From contig JBJHDK010000013.1 of assembly GCA_050486505.1 (NCBI GenBank), forward strand, positions 24,166 through 43,061: DNA of 18,896 bases, in the 5' to 3' direction. Every line of letters starts with the position of its first letter. Within the stretch, counting starts at the first letter, position 1. This DNA is from Fibrobacteria bacterium. Lineage in GTDB: Bacteria > Fibrobacterota > Fibrobacteria > UBA11236. The translations under genes were made by a program, and so were the position numbers. Shown piece after piece: positions 8,248-15,047 of the stretch. The notes under the pieces are model-generated. The model saw only the letters and a program-made list of their open reading frames with translations, did no database searches and was not told the DNA's origin.

Positions 8248-9372
8248 TCAGGCTTCCGCGTACAATTGCTCCAACCTCCCGACGACGCGCCGGATGTCAT
8301 GATCCGCTTCGACCTTGGCGCGGCCCGCGCGCCCCATCACTCCCCAACGATCCGCTTCTTCGGCAGCGCGGCGCAACGCATAAGCCAACGCATCGTGATC
8401 CTTCTCGGGGACCAGCCATGCGCTTTCGCCTGGAACCGTGACATGAGGAACGTCGTCGTGCAGCGTGGAAACCACCGGCATGCCGCAGGCCTGCGCCTCA
8501 AGCACGATCGTGGGAGCTCCCCCCTCCCCGTCGCCGTCGGGCGCGGTCCTCGAAGGCTGCAGCAACACGTCGTGTTCCGCCAGCGCCGCACGCGTCTGAC
8601 CCGGCGTCCGCCAGCCGTCAAAATCCACGCGATCGGCGATGCCGAGCCGTTGCGCCAGTTCAGTGAGGCGCGGACGCAGGGGGCCGTCCCCGATCACGGT
8701 CAACCTCCAGGGAAAATCGATGCGAGGGTCCGCGAGTGCAAGCAGGCCGGACTCGAGGCCTTTCTTCTCGACCATGCGGCCCACGAAGAGAAGGTGCACG
8801 ACGCGGTTTCCGTCCCACTCCCGTTCACGGAACGGATACTCCGCAGGATCGATGGCAATGTGTTGTATCCGGATCTTTTCTTCCGGAGCGCCCAACGACA
8901 GAAGCCGTTCCCGCATTGCGGGGCCCTCAACGAGCAGAAACCGCGCGTTCGCGAAAACTTCGCGATACCCGTGCGCCGCGCGCCGCAGAAAGGCGCGCTG
9001 CGAAACGTCGGACCCGTAAAAGTTGACCAGCAACGGGATCCCCAGTTCGCGCGTGAAATCGCGCGTCACCAGCGCACGGAAACCCTTGTGCACATGGCAG
9101 ACCGCGAGGTCCCGGCCGCGCAGTCTCCCCGCGAGACCGGGATAGCGGACCTGCGCGAAGTCGCGCGTCAGCCGCGCCGCAATCCGCGACCACAGGGGAC
9201 GGCTTCCGTCCTGCTCCTGCAACTCCCCGTCCGGCAAGGGGAATGATTCCGTGTTCTCGATGCGATCCGCGACCACCAGGGGCGGATAGCGCCGCAACGC
9301 GCGCAGGGTCTGCCAGATGAACGTCTCGGTACGCGGGAGATACGAGTCGAGGAGGTGGAGGGAGGAGGGCAC
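8248..9372 (-). CDS. Glycosyltransferase family 4 (WcaL-like)
   Basis: TETFI N-terminal motif, FYGSD, LLFVGRMVEKKG and PSRTAPDGDGEGGAPTIVLEAQACGMPVVST. GTG start. Confidence 0.92.
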   Translation of the reverse strand: MPSSLHLLDSYLPRTETFIWQTLRALRRYPPLVVADRIENTESFPLPDGELQEQDGSRPLWSRIAARLTRDFAQVRYPGLAGRLRGRDLAVCHVHKGFRALVTRDFTRELGIPLLVNFYGSDVSQRAFLRRAAHGYREVFANARFLLVEGPAMRERLLSLGAPEEKIRIQHIAIDPAEYPFREREWDGNRVVHLLFVGRMVEKKGLESGLLALADPRIDFPWRLTVIGDGPLRPRLTELAQRLGIADRVDFDGWRTPGQTRAALAEHDVLLQPSRTAPDGDGEGGAPTIVLEAQACGMPVVSTLHDDVPHVTVPGESAWLVPEKDHDALAYALRRAAEEADRWGVMGRAGRAKVEADHDIRRVVGRLEQLYAEA

Positions 9373-9375
9373 GGG

Positions 9376-9410
9376 GAGTTATGAGTTATGAGTTATGAGT
9401 TGTGAGTCAA
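9376..9410 (+). repeat. Heptamer tandem repeat (GAGTTAT x3, GAGTTGT, GAGTCAA)
   Basis: Read directly from the sequence. Begins 4 bp from the glycosyltransferase start codon. Confidence 0.9.
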
Positions 9411-9500
9411 TGGGCAGATACTGCGATCCGAAGGAAGCGAGTCGTCATTCATCTCCGTACACCTGCCCGGCAATGATTCCATGGCACAGCCTGTGTGTTC

Positions 9501-9535
9501 AACTCGTCACTCGCAACTCGTAACTCGCAACTCAT
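9501..9535 (-). repeat. Heptamer tandem repeat, inverted relative to 9376-9410
   Basis: AACTCGT CACTCGC AACTCGT AACTCGC AACTCAT on the + strand. Abuts the thiS stop codon. Confidence 0.9.
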
Positions 9536-9536
9536 C

Positions 9537-9737
9537 CTACCCTCCCCCCATGAACTTGACGATTTCGATGCGGTCGCCGTCCCGGATCGTGATGGCGTCG
9601 TATTCCGATTTGGCGGGGACCTCGAGATTGTATTCAACGACCACGGTTTCGGGTTTGAGCTTGTGCAGGGCGAGGAGCCCCGAGAGGGTCAGGGGGGATT
9701 CCAGTCGGGTGGAGGCCCCGTTCAGGGTGATTTGCAT
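9537..9737 (-). CDS. thiS: Sulfur carrier protein ThiS
   Basis: 66 aa, MQITLNG...VVVEYN...DGDRIEIVKFMGGG with a C-terminal Gly-Gly. GGAG lies upstream of the ATG. Confidence 0.93.
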   Translation of the reverse strand: MQITLNGASTRLESPLTLSGLLALHKLKPETVVVEYNLEVPAKSEYDAITIRDGDRIEIVKFMGGG

Positions 9738-9924
9738 AGTGACTCCAAAGTAGCATGCCCTTCTTGGAACGGGGGTTCCGGGGGGGCGTCGGCCGAGGTG
9801 CCGCGAAAGTACCCTTTGCCCCGCATTTCATCCTAAATTTGCAGGTCCGGACACCGTTCCCCGACAGGGCAGCGACCGCAGGGAATCCCCCCGCAAAAAC
9901 CGCTCGAAAGGACCCGCCCCCCGC

Positions 9925-12639
9925 ATGGAAAGCCGTTACTCTCCCCAGGACATCGAATCGAAATGGTACACCGCCTGGGAGAAGGCCGGCGCATTTCAAC
10001 CCAAGGGAAAAAAGGGCAGCGGCAAGAACGCCGACAAGCCCTTCACCATCGTGATCCCACCGCCCAACGTGACGGGCGCGCTGCACATGGGCCACGCTCT
10101 CAACAACACCTTGCAAGACGTGCTCATCCGTTTCAAGCGGCTGCAGGGTTACAACACCCTGTGGCAGCCGGGCGTCGATCACGCCGGCATCGCGACCCAG
10201 AGCGTGGTCGAACGCATGCTGCAGAAGGACGGGGTGAGCAAGCACGACCTCGGCCGCGAAAAGTTCATCGAACGCGTGTGGGAGTGGAAGCACGAGTACG
10301 GCGGCCGCATCGTGGGCCAGCTCAAGCGCCTAGGCTGCTCCTGCGACTGGTCACGCGAGCGTTTCACCATGGACGAAGGCCTCTCGCGCGCGGTGGGAGA
10401 AGTGTTCGTTCGCCTCCATGAAGATGGGCTGATCTACCGCGGCGCGCGCCTGGTGAACTGGTGCCCCGCGCTGCAGACCGCGCTCGCCGACGAGGAAGTC
10501 GAGAACAAGGAGACCAAGGGCCACTTCTGGTCGATCCGCTATGCGTTGGAGGAAGATCCGTCGCAAGGCATCGTCGTCTCGACCACGCGGCCCGAGACGC
10601 TCTTCGGCGACGTGGCCGTGGCCGTGCACGCCGACGACGAGCGCTACAAGCATCTCATCGGCAAGAACGTGCTCATCCCCGTCATCAACCGGGCCATCCC
10701 GGTCATCGCGGACGAGCATGCCGATCCCGAAAAGGGAACCGGCGCGGTGAAGATCACGCCCGCTCACGACTTCAACGACTACGAGGTCGGCCTGCGCCAC
10801 AACCTCAAGCCGATCGTGGCGATGAACCTCGACGCGACCCTCAACCACGAGGCCGGCCCCTACGCGGGCATGAAACGGTTCGACGCCCGCAAGAAACTGG
10901 TGAAGGAACTGGAAGAGATGGGGGTTCTCGTTGCCGTCGAGGACCGGGTCATCCCCATTCCCACATGCTACCGCTCGGGGGACACGGTGGAACCCACCTT
11001 GCTCGCGCAGTGGTATGTGAAGATGGCGCCGCTCGCCGATCCGGCCCTGGCGGCGGTGGAGTCCGATGCTCCGGAAGACAAGGCCGTGCGCTTCGTGCCC
11101 GAGCGCTACGTGAAGACCTACAAGCAATGGCTCGAGCCGCGCCGCGACTGGTGCATCTCGCGCCAGCTGTGGTGGGGCCACCAAATCCCTGTGTGGTACG
11201 CAATTTCCGAGACCGGCGGGAAAATCACCGACGCCACGCCCTATGTGGTCGCGCGCTCGGACGCGGAGGCTGCGGAGAAGGCGAAGGCCAAATTCGGTGC
11301 GGCCTGCGTGCTGCAGCGCGAAGAGGATGTGCTCGACACCTGGTTCTCGAGCGCGCTCTGGCCCTTCTCCACCTTGGGTTGGCCGGAGGAAACGGAAGAC
11401 CTCAAGACCTTCTACCCGACGGACGTGCTCATCACCGCGCGCGACATCATTTACTTCTGGGTGGCGCGCATGATTTTCTCGGGACTCAAGTTCCGGGACA
11501 AGGCACCATTCCATACGGTGTACATCCACGGAACCATTCTCGACGAGAAGGGCCAGCGGATGAGCAAGTCGAAGGGCAACGGCATCGACCCCATCGAGAT
11601 GATCGAGAAGTTCGGCGCCGATGCGGTGCGCTTCGCCCTGCTGACGCTGACGACCGAGGGGCAGGACATCAAACTGTCGCCGGTGAAGTTCGAGGGCGGC
11701 CGCAACTTCGCGAACAAGCTGTGGAATGCGGTGCGGTTTGTTCTGCCGCATCTGCCCGATGGCATGGATTCGCTGGACGGTATGGACGAAATGGACAGGG
11801 CCAAACTGTCCCTCGCCGATCGATGGATTCTCATGCGCTGCGACGAGACCGTGCGCGAGGTCACCGCAGCGCTGGAGCCGCCCGCGCTGCGCTTCTCCGA
11901 CGCGGCACACGCGCTATATCGCTTCACCTGGGACGATTTCTGCTCGCGCTATCTCGAGATCCGCAAGGCGGATATTACCGGGGAAGCCGGCCCCGAAAAG
12001 ACCGCGGCCGTGACCGTGTTCCGCACCGTGCTCAGGGATTTGATCGCGTTGCTGCACCCCTTCATGCCTTACATCACCGAGGAGATCCGCGAGGCCCTCG
12101 GAGAGAAGGAGATGCTGGTCACCGGAGACTGGCCCACGCCGCGCGCGGTGCACTTCTCCGAAGCCGACCAGCGCGTGATGGACGGCCTGCTCGCCATCGT
12201 GGAGGCGGGGCGGCAAATCCGCGGCGGATACTCCCTGCCGCCCTCGCGCGGGCTGCGCATGCGCGTGCGCCTCGATGACGAAGGCTTCCTGGAAGCCGCG
12301 CGCGACCATCTCGACATTCTCTACGGGCTGGAGAACATCGAAAGCCTCGAGATGTCGGTGGACGGGGAGAAGCCCTCGTTCGCCGCGTCGGCGCTCATTC
12401 CGGGCGGCAAGGTCTATGTGCTGCTCGAGGGCATCCTCGACCCGGCGGCGGAGAAACTGCGCCTCGGCAAGGAACTCGAGAGGGCGCGCGGCTTCGTGGC
12501 CACGCAGGAGAAGAAGCTTGCGAACGAAAAGTTCGTCGCAGGTGCGCCCGCGGACGTGGTCGAGGCCGAGCGCGAGAAACTGCGCACGCAGCGCGACAAG
12601 GTCTCCAAGCTCGAAGAAGCCCTGGCGGATTTGGGATAG
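9925..12639 (+). CDS. valS: Valine--tRNA ligase
   Basis: PPPNVTGALHMGH (HIGH motif), editing domain TTRPET/GTGAVKITPAHD, DWCISRQLWWGH, RMSKSKGN (KMSKS motif), and C-terminal coiled coil L.NEKFVAGAP. Confidence 0.98.
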   Translation: MESRYSPQDIESKWYTAWEKAGAFQPKGKKGSGKNADKPFTIVIPPPNVTGALHMGHALNNTLQDVLIRFKRLQGYNTLWQPGVDHAGIATQSVVERMLQKDGVSKHDLGREKFIERVWEWKHEYGGRIVGQLKRLGCSCDWSRERFTMDEGLSRAVGEVFVRLHEDGLIYRGARLVNWCPALQTALADEEVENKETKGHFWSIRYALEEDPSQGIVVSTTRPETLFGDVAVAVHADDERYKHLIGKNVLIPVINRAIPVIADEHADPEKGTGAVKITPAHDFNDYEVGLRHNLKPIVAMNLDATLNHEAGPYAGMKRFDARKKLVKELEEMGVLVAVEDRVIPIPTCYRSGDTVEPTLLAQWYVKMAPLADPALAAVESDAPEDKAVRFVPERYVKTYKQWLEPRRDWCISRQLWWGHQIPVWYAISETGGKITDATPYVVARSDAEAAEKAKAKFGAACVLQREEDVLDTWFSSALWPFSTLGWPEETEDLKTFYPTDVLITARDIIYFWVARMIFSGLKFRDKAPFHTVYIHGTILDEKGQRMSKSKGNGIDPIEMIEKFGADAVRFALLTLTTEGQDIKLSPVKFEGGRNFANKLWNAVRFVLPHLPDGMDSLDGMDEMDRAKLSLADRWILMRCDETVREVTAALEPPALRFSDAAHALYRFTWDDFCSRYLEIRKADITGEAGPEKTAAVTVFRTVLRDLIALLHPFMPYITEEIREALGEKEMLVTGDWPTPRAVHFSEADQRVMDGLLAIVEAGRQIRGGYSLPPSRGLRMRVRLDDEGFLEAARDHLDILYGLENIESLEMSVDGEKPSFAASALIPGGKVYVLLEGILDPAAEKLRLGKELERARGFVATQEKKLANEKFVAGAPADVVEAEREKLRTQRDKVSKLEEALADLG

Positions 12640-12655
12640 CACGACCGGTCATTCC

Positions 12656-13666
12656 ATGCTGAAAGAGTTCCTCGCGGAGCGGGCGAAATACCGCAACACC
12701 TACGCCCACAGCAATCCGGGCATGCGCGACCTGTTGCGTTGGATTCTGTTCCGCAAGCCGCCCAAACCCGAAGCCCACCCGTTGACCCCCAACGACCCCG
12801 AGGGATTGCGGGCCAACCGGGAACTCCCCACCCTGACCTGGATCGGTCATTCCACATTTCTGATCCAGCTCGAGGGACGCAACATTCTCACCGACCCGAT
12901 CTTCACCGGCCGCGCCTCCCCGGTGTACTTCGCGGGCCCGCGGCGCATCACCCCCGTTGGGCTGCGGCTGGAGGACCTGCCGGTGATCGACTGCGTGCTG
13001 ATCTCGCACGATCACTACGATCACCTCAACGCGCCCACCGTGCGCGCCCTGCTGCGCCGTTCCCAGCGCGCGGGCGACGCGCCGCCGCTGTTCATCGTGC
13101 CCGCCGGCCTGGGGAAGTGGTTCCGCAAGCGCGGGTTCCCGCGCGTGGAGGAACTCGACTGGTGGGAGACGCTGGACGCATCGCGCGCTCCCGAACTCGG
13201 CGGCCTGCGCGTGCACGGCACCCCGGCGCAGCATTGGAGCCAGCGCATTCCCTGGCTGGTCAACCGCACCCGCTGGAACGGCTTCGTGGTCGAGGGCCGC
13301 GGCGGCAAGCTGTTTTTCCCCGGCGATACGGGCTACTCACGCGACTTCGCCGACATCCGCGAACGCCTCGGCGCAATGACGGTGGCCCTCCTCCCCATCG
13401 GCGCATACGAGCCGCAGTGGTTCATGCGACCGATGCACACCAATCCCGAGGACGCGGTGCGCATCCACCGGGACCTGGAGGCGAAGCAGTCGGTTGCGAT
13501 GCACTGGGGAACCTATGCGCTGACTGACGAGCCCTTCCACGAGCCGCCGCAACGCCTGCGCGCGGCGCTGAAGGAGGCGGGGGTTTCCGAGGAATCGTTC
13601 TGGGTGATGGGGCACGGCGAGACACGGGGGCTGACGCACGTGTGGGGGGAGACGGGGGAGTTATGA
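12656..13666 (+). CDS. MBL-fold metallo-hydrolase, NAPE-PLD/RomA-like
   Basis: TWIGHST, ILTDP, ISHDHYDH, PAQHWSQR, GDTGY, LPIGAYEP and MHWGT. ATG lies 16 bp after the valS stop. Confidence 0.93.
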   Translation: MLKEFLAERAKYRNTYAHSNPGMRDLLRWILFRKPPKPEAHPLTPNDPEGLRANRELPTLTWIGHSTFLIQLEGRNILTDPIFTGRASPVYFAGPRRITPVGLRLEDLPVIDCVLISHDHYDHLNAPTVRALLRRSQRAGDAPPLFIVPAGLGKWFRKRGFPRVEELDWWETLDASRAPELGGLRVHGTPAQHWSQRIPWLVNRTRWNGFVVEGRGGKLFFPGDTGYSRDFADIRERLGAMTVALLPIGAYEPQWFMRPMHTNPEDAVRIHRDLEAKQSVAMHWGTYALTDEPFHEPPQRLRAALKEAGVSEESFWVMGHGETRGLTHVWGETGEL

Positions 13667-13713
13667 GTTATGAGTTGCGAGTTGCGAGTTGCGAGTTACG
13701 AGTTACGAGTGCG
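13658..13713 (+). repeat. Heptamer tandem repeat (GAGTTAT x2, GAGTTGC x3, GAGTTAC x2, GAGTGCG)
   Basis: Read directly from the sequence. It supplies the last codons and the TGA stop of the MBL hydrolase. Confidence 0.92.
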
Positions 13714-13728
13714 GGGTGATGGGGTTGG

Positions 13729-13908
13729 TTATTGAGGGTGCTGTTTAGCGGACTTGCGTGGCGATCGCGGCGCCAACCGCACGAGCCGATCCTTGTACTG
13801 CTCCCGTATCGCCTGCAATTCCGCTTCGAACCGAGAGGGATCCTTTCGAATCATCCGGTTCAAACCATTCCGGATACGGCGGATCTCAGCCATGATGGGG
13901 TCTTTCAT
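13729..13908 (-). CDS. Small helical protein B (59 aa), putative PIN-associated antitoxin paralog
   Basis: MKDPIMAEIRRIRNGLNRMIRKDPSRFEAELQAIREQYKDRLVRLAPRSPRKSAKQHPQ. ATGA overlap with the upstream paralog and GAGG upstream. Below the ORF-track cutoff. Confidence 0.8.
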   Translation of the reverse strand: MKDPIMAEIRRIRNGLNRMIRKDPSRFEAELQAIREQYKDRLVRLAPRSPRKSAKQHPQ

Positions 13909-14084
13909 CGCCTCGATCCGCGTGGTGACTTTACAACCGGACGCAAATTCAAATCGACCATGAGATCCTTGTACTTCTCCTCCGTCGCCTGCAAGCGCAC
14001 TTTGAGGGCATCAGGATCACGTTCCATCAGCCGATCCAGTTTACGTCGGCTCTTCCGGATTTCAGAGACAAACGGATCCTTCAT
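13905..14084 (-). CDS. Small helical protein A (59 aa), putative PIN-associated antitoxin
   Basis: MKDPFVSEIRKSRRKLDRLMERDPDALKVRLQATEEKYKDLMVDLNLRPVVKSPRGSRR. TAATG overlap with the PIN stop and a strong SD (AAAGGAGA). Below the ORF-track cutoff. Confidence 0.82.
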   Translation of the reverse strand: MKDPFVSEIRKSRRKLDRLMERDPDALKVRLQATEEKYKDLMVDLNLRPVVKSPRGSRR

Positions 14085-14572
14085 TAAAATTCTCCTTTCA
14101 GCATTTGCTCCGGTGTTTTGATAACTGGAGCCGGGAGCCCAACGCTCTGGCAGCAGTTTTCATAAGCCGCCCGGATTGCGTTGTTCGCCATATGTTTAAA
14201 GTTCCAACTGACAATATAATCCAGCCTGGTTAAGGCTGCGATGGATAGATGCCACGCATCAGTTTTTGAACGAAGCGGAATGTTCAACTCCCGAAACAGC
14301 CTCTCGCCGAACCGTTCCGATTTCAAATTTGACACGACACCTGCAAAGCCACTTACCAGCTCAAGACGTTTTCGGGCCGCGTGGGGGTCTCCATCGGCAA
14401 TTTCTTCGAGAACGTAAGTCGAGACGTAAAAATCGGATTTCCCGCGGAAAATTTCCCACCACTTTTGGGTGGCCAACTGACGCTTCCTCACGACCGGATC
14501 ACGGTGCAGCCGGGCGGCGTGGTAAGAAATGACCGAGGTATCGAGATAAATCCGGGGCTTGTGCGGGCGCAT
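14084..14572 (-). CDS. PIN-domain protein (VapC-like toxin)
   Basis: IYLDTSVISY, VLEEIADGD, DAWHLSIA, YIVSWNFKHMAN and I.TPEQ. Start is ATG 14572 (alternative GTG 14608). Confidence 0.9.
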   Translation of the reverse strand: MRPHKPRIYLDTSVISYHAARLHRDPVVRKRQLATQKWWEIFRGKSDFYVSTYVLEEIADGDPHAARKRLELVSGFAGVVSNLKSERFGERLFRELNIPLRSKTDAWHLSIAALTRLDYIVSWNFKHMANNAIRAAYENCCQSVGLPAPVIKTPEQMLKGEF

Positions 14573-14615
14573 GAGGGGTTGGACGATTCCAACCCGCGCA
14601 ATGGCCACCCGGAGC

Positions 14616-14631
14616 CGTGACGGCGGTCACG
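14616..14631. promoter_or_regulatory. CRP/FNR-family-like palindrome upstream of the PIN operon
   Basis: CGTGACGGCGGTCACG. Its reverse complement matches the 1868-1882 site at 14 of 15 positions. Confidence 0.45.
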
Positions 14632-14642
14632 TGCCCCGGGCG

Positions 14643-14948
14643 TTATTTCTTTCTGGAGCCTTTCGGCTTGCGGGATGATTTCCCCCGATTGTGGAAGTAA
14701 TCAGGGGGGACTTCCCGGATCCAGTCATTGATCCGTTTGTCCTCGAAGAACTCTGCGATGGGGATCTCCAAGGCGTTGGCCCAACGGGCGAGGGTACTCA
14801 CGGTGGGGCTTTTCTTGCCGTTGATCACTTCGCTGAGGGTGGCTTTGCTGATCCCGAAGGCAAAGGCGAACTCCTCGACGGTCCGGTAGCCGGCTTTTTC
14901 GATGCAGATCCGAATCTGCGCGCCTAGAAGTTCTTGAAGTGTGGCCAT
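14643..14948 (-). CDS. XRE-family helix-turn-helix regulator (C-protein-like)
   Basis: LGAQIR...TVEEFAFAFGISKATLSEVINGKKSPTVSTLARWANALEIPIAEFF. Start placed at ATG 14948. Confidence 0.88.
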   Translation of the reverse strand: MATLQELLGAQIRICIEKAGYRTVEEFAFAFGISKATLSEVINGKKSPTVSTLARWANALEIPIAEFFEDKRINDWIREVPPDYFHNRGKSSRKPKGSRKK

Positions 14949-14989
14949 GCCCTGTGGGGGCGAAGGTAGGGGTTGCGGGGCGGGGGTTG

Positions 14990-15041
14990 AGTCGCTTTTG
15001 CGAACCTGTGCTATATTGGGCGCCGATTCACTTAAGCGAAC
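14990..15041. promoter_or_regulatory. Two operator-like palindromes flanking an extended -10 element for mod
   Basis: AGTCGCTTTTGCGAAC (14990-15005) and ATTCACTTAAGCGAAC (15026-15041), with TGCTATATT (15009-15017) between them. Confidence 0.6.
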
Positions 15042-15047
15042 CACAAA

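Noticed and set aside
9815..9842. Bacteroidota-type promoter (TTTG ... TAAATTTG) upstream of valS
   Set aside because: The TAnnTTTG matches, but TTTG is only 15 bp upstream, shorter than the usual spacing, and other promoters here look like extended -10 types. Left uncalled.
9738..9924. TPP riboswitch upstream of thiS or T-box upstream of valS
   Set aside because: No CUGAGA core of TPP and no UGGnACC T-box motif recognised on the relevant strands.
9376..13713. Heptamer tracts or REP doublet as a CRISPR array
   Set aside because: No 23-50 bp repeats separated by unique spacers, and no cas genes.
13732..14121. Plus-strand 129-aa and 69-aa ORFs in the track
   Set aside because: They are antisense to the two coupled paralogous minus-strand ORFs, which have SD, overlap and homology support.
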